Assembly (NCBI GenBank): GCA_043819555.1
Contig: JBDREQ010000029.1
Span: 1 to 13,223, forward strand
Reading direction: 5' to 3'
Length of the DNA: 13,223 nucleotides
Origin: Candidatus Zixiibacteriota bacterium
GTDB lineage: Bacteria; Zixibacteria; MSB-5A5; GN15; JAAZOE01
Below, one piece after another: positions 1 through 7,799 of this stretch; the first letter of the stretch is position 1; each line of letters starts with the position of its first letter. The notes below the pieces were generated by a model. That model was not told where the DNA came from and did no database searches. It was given only the letters and a program-made list of their open reading frames with translations. The translations under genes and the position numbers were made by a program.

Positions 1-86
1 AAAAATATAACACTCACATAAAATAATTGCCAACCTTTTTCCACTTCTTCGCCCGCTTATAATGGATGAGAAAAACAGGCGATAAG

Positions 87-94
87 AAGGAGGT
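87..94 (+). promoter_or_regulatory. Shine-Dalgarno-like AAGGAGGT upstream of ATG 101 (alternative upstream start of the giant ORF)
   Basis: AAGGAGGT at 87-94 lies 6 nt before ATG at 101. Use is uncertain because a promoter-like element lies downstream (134-161) and the signal peptide begins at ATG 239. Confidence 0.4.
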
Positions 95-133
95 TATATC
101 ATGTCGGGTTATAATAATCGGTCATGGGGGGTA

Positions 134-161
134 TTGACAAATAGCATCAAGCTGTTATATT
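134..161 (+). promoter_or_regulatory. Sigma70-type promoter for the giant surface-protein gene
   Basis: Perfect -35 TTGACA (134-139), 16-bp spacer, and extended -10 TG-t-TATATT (TG 153-154, hexamer 156-161). The predicted TSS near 168 lies upstream of ATG 239. Confidence 0.6.
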
Positions 162-238
162 GCACTATACTACAGCTTGCCGCTCATTGCGATTCAGTTT
201 TGCAGGGACAAATATATCTTTTAAGAAAGAAGTACGAT

Positions 239-3200
239 ATGAAAGCTAAATTAGCACTGGCGATTACGGTCGCATTAGGGGTTATTCTATGCGTACCTTC
301 GGCGTTCGCCCAGACTAATGTCAGCGGACTTATTTCTACAAATACAAATTTAGCATTGACAGGAAGCTTAGATATTGACGCAAACGGATTCAACACAGGC
401 ACTTACCAATTAACCGCTCAGGCAGATCAGGTCCATGATACTCTCTGGGTACAGAATTGGGAATCAGGCTGGGGAAGCTGGTGGGTCGATGGCGGTCAAT
501 GGCAGGGGGGCGTTCCAACCTCCGGTCCGGGTGCGGCCTATTCGGGCAGTAATTGTGCCGGTACAGTTCTTGACGGCAATTATGTCGAACCTCCCTACGG
601 TGGCGGCAGTCAAACAAGTCGGCTAATCAGTCCCTCGTTTGTGGTACCATCAGATAATCCGAGATTGAGATTCAATCATTGGTACAATTTTAGCTGGAGT
701 GACTATGGATTTGTTCAGATACGTGCCAATGGCGGCGATTGGGTCACCGTCTTTGGGAATTACATTTGGAACAGCAATGGCTGGACTCGACCATCGATTG
801 ACATGTCAATGTACGCTGATTCCACTGTGGAGATTGCTTTTGTAATTACGACGGAGAATAGTGCGAGTGCTTATGCTGGAGTTTCTGCGCCGGATGTAGC
901 CACGGGCTGGTATGTGGATGATATCGTAATCGAGTATGGGCCTGAGATTCTAGTCAGTCCTGAAAATTTCGAATCAGGTGATGTTAACTGGTGGGTTGAT
1001 CGCGGTCAATGGCAGGTGGGAGATCCAACTTCCGGTCCGGTTTCGGCCTATTCAGGTAGTAATTGTGCTGGTACGGTTCTGAACGGCAACTATGCCGAAC
1101 CTCCTTATGGTGGTGGCAGTCAGACAAGTCGCTTGATTAGTCCCTCGTTTGTGGTACCATCAGACAATCCGAGATTGCGATTTAATCACTGGTACAATTT
1201 TAGTTGGAGTGACAACGGGTATATTCAGATACGTGTCAATGGCGGCGAATGGGTTACATTATTTGGAAATTATATTTGGAAAAGTAACGGTTGGACTCAG
1301 CCATCAATCGACCTGTCAACATATGCCGATTCCACTGTTGAAATTGCGTTTGCAATTACGACGCAGAATAGTTCAAGCGCTTATGCCGGAGTTTCTGCGG
1401 CGGATGTGGCCACTGGCTGGTATGTGGATGATTTTTTAATCGTGCATGGGGAAATTTCGTTTGTCAGTCCTGAGGGTTTCGAGTCGAATGATGGCGATGC
1501 CGACTGGTGGGCAAATTATGGCCAATGGCAGTTGGGAGTTCCTACATCCGGTCCGGATTCTGCATATTCGGGTAATAATTGTGCCGGTACAGTTCTTAAT
1601 GGCAACTATGCCGAACCTCCCTACGGCGGCGGCAATCAAACAAGTCGCTTGATCAGTCCTTCATTTGTAGTACCTTCTAACAATCCAAAATTAAGATTCT
1701 ATCACTGGTACGATTTAAGCTGGAGCGATTATGGTTATGTGCAAGTAAGAGTAAATGGCGGTGAATGGGTTACGGCATCAAGTACATTTAGTTCAACCAG
1801 TGGAGGATGGACACCAGCGCAAATTCAATTGTCTGACTATGTGGGATTAACTGTAGAGGTAGGATTTCTTATTACAACACAGAATGATCCAAGCGCTTAT
1901 GCCGGAGTTAGTGCCCCTGACGTTTCTACCGGTTGGTATATCGATGAGGTGTCGATTGAACCTCCGGGAGAACAACCGCCTCAAATAGTATGTCCATCAT
2001 CACCCCTTGACGTACTTGCCAGTATTCCCGGCGAAGTTTGCGTGCCGCTCAATATTATCAATGCTAATACGGTAACCTGCTGGAATGGCGGAATCGGTCC
2101 CTATGGTACTTGGAATAATGGCTCACTCTGTTTCCCGGCCCACGATACGGCCGGTACTTATGAAATATATGTAGCCGCAGAGAATTCTGTCGGTGTCGAT
2201 ACCTGCTTTGCGCTTGTTACAGTGAGCACTCCTCCGATTGATGATGATATACGTTTGACTGATGCTTCTGGCGATAGTTGGCATGGCAATGTGGCGGTCG
2301 ATGGCAGCGGAAATATCCATGTCGCTTGGCAGGATACCAGGGATGGAAATGACGAAATCTATTACTCCAAGCTGGACAATAATGGCAATACGCTTGTGGA
2401 TGATGCCCGATTGACAAACGATAACGCACAAAGCGTATGGCCAAGAATTGAACTTGATGGATTAGGTAATGTCCATATAGTATGGATTGATGAGAGAAGC
2501 AGTGGACCAGAATTATACTACACTAAATTGGATATAGACGGAAACACTCTGATAGATGATAAAAGGTTAACATTTAACGGCAGTAATAACTGGTCCCGTG
2601 AATTGTTAGTGGATGATAATAACAATCTCCATATTTTATGGGCAAGCGATGGGGAAGGTAATTTTGAAATTTACTATGCCAAATTGGATAACAATGGCGA
2701 TCGCTTGATAAATGACATACGCATAACCAATGCTGTTGGTGAAGGCAAATGGCCTAAATTGGGTGTTGATGACACCGGTGATATTCATCTGGCGTGGAAC
2801 GACTCAAGAACCGGCAGCGGAGAAATCCATTATAAAAAGTTGGATAATTCAGGAATTACTCTGGTGAACGACACAAGATTGACATATGATGGCAGTGCCA
2901 CAGGCGCGCCCTTCCTGGAGGCGGATAAATCAGGCAACATTCATATCATTTGGGCAGACAATCGAAATGGTTTTGACGAGCTTTTCTTTACGAAATTGGA
3001 TAACCTAGGAAATACACTGATAGATGATAAACAACTAACAACTGTATACTGGGGACGCTGGATGGATATTGATAATTCAGATTGTCTCCACGTCATATGG
3101 TCGGATGACCGCGATGGCAATGATGAAATTTATTATGCCAAATTCGATAACAACGGCAATAAGATTATCGCCGATACAAGATTGACTGATAATAGCGCAG

Positions 3201-6200
3201 CCAGCTGGTGGCCGAGAATCTGCGTTGATGAAACTTATAAATATCATGTGATATGGGATGATGATCGCGATGGTAATCGAGAGATTTACTATACCAACGG
3301 AATCTCATTGCCTGAAATAGAGTGTCCGGAAACAACACTTTATGAGACTATTAACGCAACCGGAATTGAGGTTTGTGTAGATCTTCCAATATACGGTGCA
3401 GATACTCAGGACATTTTTATTGATGGCGCCAACTGGGCGGACAACACTTTATGTTTCATTGCCGATAGTCTTGGCTTATACCAATTTACCGTTATTGTAG
3501 AAAACGCAAATGGCGCAGATACTTGTACTGTTTCAATTAATGTCAATAATCAACCAACAGTTTTATTTTACGAAGATTTTGAAGATGGAGTGCTCGATTC
3601 AAGGATAAGTATCCAAACGGTTGGATCATTCAATTATGCTCCGGATATTAAAGACCTCACCTCTTTCGGAAGTACTAAAGCATACGGATATGGGCGATCA
3701 ACATGCAATGCAAGTTGTTTTTATAATTACGTAACAAGACTTATAATCACGTTTCCCGCGCCAACCTATGCCCATGCGCTTACATTTAAGGAGATGGAAC
3801 TATACGGTAATTGGGGAGCGAAGGGCATGATCTTAATTGATGGAGAATTATTTACACCCGGCGACCAGCATTTTGGTCGACTTCCCCACAATGATCATAC
3901 ATCCGATACATCTTATCGCGTACCGGTATTCCTGATTGATAAAGAAGTTACCACCGTCGAAATTCAAGTTTATGATATTACAAACCGGAGTGAAATTTTC
4001 GTCGACGATATTACTATTTGGGCCGAAGAAGTATTTGCGAGTATTGAGTGTCCAGATACAGTACTTCATAATTCCATTAACCAAATCGGTACAGAAGTTT
4101 GTGTAAATCTGCCTATATACAATGTTGATGCTCAGGATGTTATTGTGGATGGGGGTTATTGGGTGGATAGTACCCTGTGCTTCATGGCCGATAGCATTGG
4201 TATTTACCAATTTATGGTAATAGCAGAGAATGCCTTCAATGCTGACACATGTGAGGTAACTGTAAATGTCAATATGTCGGATTCGGAACGACGATTGACA
4301 GATGCTAACGGAGATAGCTGGCATGGCAACGTGAAGGTTGATGGCAGCGGCAATATTCATGTCGTTTGGGAAGATACCCGGGATAACAATTCAGAAATCT
4401 ACTACTCCAAGCTGGATAATAACGGAAATACGCTAGTTGATGATATTCGTCTGACAAACGATAACGCGGAAAGCGTATGGCCAAAAATCGAATTTGATGG
4501 ATTGGGAAATGCTCACGTACTTTGGATTGACCAGAGAACCGGTAATTCAGAAGTATACTACACCAAATTGGATTTAGATGGCAACACCTTAATAGGTGAT
4601 AAAAGATTGACGTTTGAAGGTAATAGTAATTGGTCACGTGAATTGAAAGTCGATGATAATAACGATCTACACCTTTTATGGACAAGCGATCGGGATGGTA
4701 ACTTTGAGATTTACTACGCCAAATTGGATAACAATGGTGATCGTATAATAAACGATATACGTTTGACCAATGCTGCGGGCGAAGGCAAATGGCCTAAATT
4801 GGTTATTGATAGCAATGGTGACCTACATATAGCCTGGAACGATGCCAGAACCGGCAACGAGGGGATGTTTTATAAGAAGTTGGACAATGGCGGCAATACC
4901 CTGATTAATGATACTAATATATCAAATGCGGGCAGTATTTATGGCGCACCGCACGTCGATGTGGATAAGTCAGACAATATCCATATTACGTGGGGCGATA
5001 ATCGGAATAGTAACAATGAGATATTTTATACTAAATTGGATAACATTGGAAACACTTTAATAGATGATAAATTGATAACAAGCTGGGGTAACTATGGCTA
5101 TCTTCAGGATATTGATAATTCAGGCAACCTTCATATAGCCTGGTCTGATGTCAGGGATGGCAACGATGAAATCTATTATTGTAGACTGGACAACAGTGGC
5201 AATAAGATTACCGCCGATACAAGATTGACTAATAATAGCGCAGCCAGCTGGTGGCCGAGAATCTGCGTTGATGAAACTTATAAGTATCATGTAATATGGG
5301 ATGATAACCGCGACGGCAATCGAGAGATTTACTATACAAATGGAATTTCAATGCCTGAAATGGTAGTTGCACCCACCAATCTGCTATTTGAGACTACTGA
5401 AGATTCGGTTGAGCCGCCTACCCCACAAACGATAAATATAAGCAGTTCGGATGCTCCCGGGGCTCTTGATTGGAATGCGATAATAGCAAAGGGGGCAGAT
5501 TGGCTTGAAATCAGTCCCGCAACCGGAACTAATCCTGCAAGTGTGACAGTGTCGATTAAGCAAAGCGCCCTGCCGATGGCAGCCGGTATTTATAACGGAT
5601 TAATCAAGTTTAGTGATGACGGAGTATGGAATTCTCCTGTTTATGTAAACGTGACTTTGTTCGTTGAATCCGGTGTTGATGTTGGTGATTATGTAGCAGA
5701 GGGCGGAACCACATTCCAGGTTCCGATTAATCTTTATACGACTGATCTATTGACCGATTTTACCCTGCCGCTTAAGCTAAAGACTATTCAACCTGATAAG
5801 GTAAAACTGGATTCGATATATTTTGATCCGCTCTATATCGATTCGATAATTTACATCTCTGATAGTGAAATCGCTTTTCAGCCGATCCAACCGCCTCCAA
5901 TACCCGAAGACACGGCCGTTACAATCGGCTTTGCCGGTATCTCGGTTGGCCTGGATGCAGCGCCTGAAGTATTCTACTTCGATACCACGACAGTTACACA
6001 TAATGAAATTGCCTATTCTTATCAGTTTGTCAAGGCCACCGGCGATACTATCGTTCCCGAATTTGATAAAGGCGTATATCAAATAGGTGAGACGCCGCGA
6101 GTGTCGTTAACCATTGAAGATTTAAATTGCCCGCAGGGAAGTATGATTGGTGTGCCGGTTACCGCACTTGGTATTGAGAATGTAGGCGGATTACAGCTAA

Positions 6201-7714
6201 GCATAAGTTATGATCAATCTGTTGTGCGCACTGATTCGGTGATTGTATCATCTGATTATTTCACTCCGACCGTTAATGACACTCTGGGTATCATTTATCT
6301 GGCATGGACTAATCCGGCTAATCCATTTACGGTAACGGATAACGAAGCTCTGTTGACTTTATGGTTTACCGGAATCGGTAATGCCGGGGCAATCAGCTCA
6401 ATTTCATGGACCGGTTCGAATATTCTGGGAACACCTAACGGCAGTCCTATTCCAAATATCGAGTATATTGACGGAAGCGTGCAAATAATTGACAATGCGG
6501 GGATCATTTCCGGACGGGTAAGCTACTATACTTTGTCGAGCAACATTGCCGATGTTGAAATACATGTAGCTGGCCCTGGAAATGACCAGGTCATTACCAA
6601 TCAGGATGGCTGGTATATGTTTGAAGGAATGCCAGACGGTAATTATACGGTTTCTGCAACCCATGATGCCGATGATGCTGGTGTGGATATTCTGGATGCA
6701 ATATTAATCATGAATAAGCTTGCCGGTATAATTGATCTCAGTCCATACGAATCTGTGGCCGCAGATGTTAACCAGGATTGTCAGGTAAAGATTGTGGACG
6801 TGGTAAAGATATTGCGCAAAATTACCATGCTTGAGAATTTCCCAGGCAATTGGTCATTTATGGACCGCTCGTTTGCGATTGGCAATGACAATTGGTGTGC
6901 AGCCCCAAATAATATTTCCAGGACTGTGGCTGGAAACAGCCTTATGGATTTGCACTTTGTCGGCGTTCGCAAAGGGGATGTCAACGGTGACTGGAATCCG
7001 CAGAACGAGTTCTATGCAAAGCTGAAAGATAATGATAATGGACAAGTCAACATGGCATTTCGTGACGCCGTCTTTGAAGAAGATGGCCGATTTGATATTT
7101 CTCTTACTCTCTCTAATGGGAACTCTCTTGCCGGATTGGAAATTCATCTTAGTTATGATTCTGAGCAAATAGAATTCATCGGAGTAAATTCGGATATTTT
7201 GCCGGGTTTGGTTGCCAATGCGGAAGATAACAATATCCACTTGGCCTGGATCGATATTGATAAACCTCTCAAAAAATCGGATGACGTGGATGCTGTAAAG
7301 TTGACCTTTAGGATGCGCAACAATAATGATAATCCGCCTTCAATTAAATATGATCGGGTTATTGCAGCAGATGAGCGGGCAAGACAATACAGTGTTTTTG
7401 TATCCAACCTTAGTTTATCTTCCGGTGTTATTCCGTCTCGGTTTAGTCTGGCACAAAACTATCCCAATCCGTTTAACCCAATTACAAAGATTGCCTTCCA
7501 TCTTCCGGTGATAAACGAGGTCAGACTTGATGTATTTAATGTGCTTGGGCAACGGGTCCGAACTTTGGTTGATGGATTAAAGGAACCCGGAGTGCATTCC
7601 GTTATTTGGGATGGTAAGGATGATGCAGGAGCATTGGTTGCCAGCGGAATATACTTTTACAGCTTAAAGACTGAATCGCATATTGCCTGCAGAAAGATGA
7701 TTCTTCTAAAGTAA
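239..7714 (+). CDS. Giant secreted multidomain protein: jelly-roll x3, 7-bladed beta-propeller x2, Cys-rich Ig-like spacers, BACON-like, cohesin-like x2-3, carboxypeptidase-regulatory-like, dockerin-like, FlgD-Ig/T9SS type A-like C-terminus
   Basis: The ORF is open 101-7714. ATG 239 begins a Sec/SPI signal (MKAKLALAITVALGVILCVPSAFA|Q). Motifs seen: repeated W-W-x4-Q-W...RLISPSF...WY(V/I)D(D/E) units; blades HxxWxDxRDGNxEIYYxKLD; BACON-like QTINISS...DWLEISPATG...VTVSI (~5350-5670); cohesin-like VPV...GGLQLSISYD and AGLEIHLSYD; ISGRV...TNQDGWYMFEGMPDGNYTV; dockerin-like VDILDAILIM...AADVNQDCQVKIVDVVKIL and GDVNGD (6974-6991); terminal QNYPNPFNP...WDGKD...SGIYFY...KMILLK. Confidence 0.9.
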   Translation: MKAKLALAITVALGVILCVPSAFAQTNVSGLISTNTNLALTGSLDIDANGFNTGTYQLTAQADQVHDTLWVQNWESGWGSWWVDGGQWQGGVPTSGPGAAYSGSNCAGTVLDGNYVEPPYGGGSQTSRLISPSFVVPSDNPRLRFNHWYNFSWSDYGFVQIRANGGDWVTVFGNYIWNSNGWTRPSIDMSMYADSTVEIAFVITTENSASAYAGVSAPDVATGWYVDDIVIEYGPEILVSPENFESGDVNWWVDRGQWQVGDPTSGPVSAYSGSNCAGTVLNGNYAEPPYGGGSQTSRLISPSFVVPSDNPRLRFNHWYNFSWSDNGYIQIRVNGGEWVTLFGNYIWKSNGWTQPSIDLSTYADSTVEIAFAITTQNSSSAYAGVSAADVATGWYVDDFLIVHGEISFVSPEGFESNDGDADWWANYGQWQLGVPTSGPDSAYSGNNCAGTVLNGNYAEPPYGGGNQTSRLISPSFVVPSNNPKLRFYHWYDLSWSDYGYVQVRVNGGEWVTASSTFSSTSGGWTPAQIQLSDYVGLTVEVGFLITTQNDPSAYAGVSAPDVSTGWYIDEVSIEPPGEQPPQIVCPSSPLDVLASIPGEVCVPLNIINANTVTCWNGGIGPYGTWNNGSLCFPAHDTAGTYEIYVAAENSVGVDTCFALVTVSTPPIDDDIRLTDASGDSWHGNVAVDGSGNIHVAWQDTRDGNDEIYYSKLDNNGNTLVDDARLTNDNAQSVWPRIELDGLGNVHIVWIDERSSGPELYYTKLDIDGNTLIDDKRLTFNGSNNWSRELLVDDNNNLHILWASDGEGNFEIYYAKLDNNGDRLINDIRITNAVGEGKWPKLGVDDTGDIHLAWNDSRTGSGEIHYKKLDNSGITLVNDTRLTYDGSATGAPFLEADKSGNIHIIWADNRNGFDELFFTKLDNLGNTLIDDKQLTTVYWGRWMDIDNSDCLHVIWSDDRDGNDEIYYAKFDNNGNKIIADTRLTDNSAASWWPRICVDETYKYHVIWDDDRDGNREIYYTNGISLPEIECPETTLYETINATGIEVCVDLPIYGADTQDIFIDGANWADNTLCFIADSLGLYQFTVIVENANGADTCTVSINVNNQPTVLFYEDFEDGVLDSRISIQTVGSFNYAPDIKDLTSFGSTKAYGYGRSTCNASCFYNYVTRLIITFPAPTYAHALTFKEMELYGNWGAKGMILIDGELFTPGDQHFGRLPHNDHTSDTSYRVPVFLIDKEVTTVEIQVYDITNRSEIFVDDITIWAEEVFASIECPDTVLHNSINQIGTEVCVNLPIYNVDAQDVIVDGGYWVDSTLCFMADSIGIYQFMVIAENAFNADTCEVTVNVNMSDSERRLTDANGDSWHGNVKVDGSGNIHVVWEDTRDNNSEIYYSKLDNNGNTLVDDIRLTNDNAESVWPKIEFDGLGNAHVLWIDQRTGNSEVYYTKLDLDGNTLIGDKRLTFEGNSNWSRELKVDDNNDLHLLWTSDRDGNFEIYYAKLDNNGDRIINDIRLTNAAGEGKWPKLVIDSNGDLHIAWNDARTGNEGMFYKKLDNGGNTLINDTNISNAGSIYGAPHVDVDKSDNIHITWGDNRNSNNEIFYTKLDNIGNTLIDDKLITSWGNYGYLQDIDNSGNLHIAWSDVRDGNDEIYYCRLDNSGNKITADTRLTNNSAASWWPRICVDETYKYHVIWDDNRDGNREIYYTNGISMPEMVVAPTNLLFETTEDSVEPPTPQTINISSSDAPGALDWNAIIAKGADWLEISPATGTNPASVTVSIKQSALPMAAGIYNGLIKFSDDGVWNSPVYVNVTLFVESGVDVGDYVAEGGTTFQVPINLYTTDLLTDFTLPLKLKTIQPDKVKLDSIYFDPLYIDSIIYISDSEIAFQPIQPPPIPEDTAVTIGFAGISVGLDAAPEVFYFDTTTVTHNEIAYSYQFVKATGDTIVPEFDKGVYQIGETPRVSLTIEDLNCPQGSMIGVPVTALGIENVGGLQLSISYDQSVVRTDSVIVSSDYFTPTVNDTLGIIYLAWTNPANPFTVTDNEALLTLWFTGIGNAGAISSISWTGSNILGTPNGSPIPNIEYIDGSVQIIDNAGIISGRVSYYTLSSNIADVEIHVAGPGNDQVITNQDGWYMFEGMPDGNYTVSATHDADDAGVDILDAILIMNKLAGIIDLSPYESVAADVNQDCQVKIVDVVKILRKITMLENFPGNWSFMDRSFAIGNDNWCAAPNNISRTVAGNSLMDLHFVGVRKGDVNGDWNPQNEFYAKLKDNDNGQVNMAFRDAVFEEDGRFDISLTLSNGNSLAGLEIHLSYDSEQIEFIGVNSDILPGLVANAEDNNIHLAWIDIDKPLKKSDDVDAVKLTFRMRNNNDNPPSIKYDRVIAADERARQYSVFVSNLSLSSGVIPSRFSLAQNYPNPFNPITKIAFHLPVINEVRLDVFNVLGQRVRTLVDGLKEPGVHSVIWDGKDDAGALVASGIYFYSLKTESHIACRKMILLK
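440..1965 (+). repeat. Three tandem ~170-aa intragenic jelly-roll (MAM/immune-inhibitor-A-like) repeats
   Basis: The WW motifs start at 479, 989 and 1505 (periods 510 and 516 nt). All copies share SGPxxAYSGxNCAGTVLxGNYxEPPYGGGxQTSRLISPSFVVPSxNP and SAYAGVSAxDVxTGWY. In the segment of copies 1 and 2 that I compared, differences are largely at third codon positions. Confidence 0.9.
2252..3307 (+). repeat. Beta-propeller block 1 (seven ~52-aa blades)
   Basis: Seven units of the pattern DxRLT...DxxGNxHxxWxDxRxGxxEIYYxKLDNxG, running from RLTDASGDSWHG to REIYYTNGIS. Confidence 0.85.
4292..5350 (+). repeat. Beta-propeller block 2, a duplicate of block 1
   Basis: Blade-for-blade copy at an offset of 2040-2043 nt, including a perfect 52-nt match (3189-3240 vs 5232-5283). 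Confidence 0.85.
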
Positions 7715-7729
7715 ATATCCTGAAGTAGC

Positions 7730-7758
7730 GAAGAGTCCGGGAAATTCCCGGACTCTTC
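7730..7758. other. Perfect intergenic inverted repeat (RNA hairpin without U-tract)
   Basis: GAAGAGTCCGGGAA-A-TTCCCGGACTCTTC has 14-bp arms and starts 15 nt after the gene 1 stop. It is followed by ACCACTC rather than a T-run. Confidence 0.8.
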
Positions 7759-7786
7759 ACCACTCTTGGAGCCTTTTATATAGGTA

Positions 7787-7795
7787 TAAGGAGGT
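7787..7795 (+). promoter_or_regulatory. Ribosome binding site of the lipoprotein gene
   Basis: TAAGGAGGT ends 4 nt before ATG 7800. Confidence 0.75.
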
Positions 7796-7799
7796 TTGG

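Noticed and set aside
479..1455. Near-identical repeats as a DGR template/variable repeat pair
   Set aside because: Mismatches in the segment compared are mostly third-position and not adenine-specific, both copies are in-frame coding, and no reverse transcriptase is in the window.
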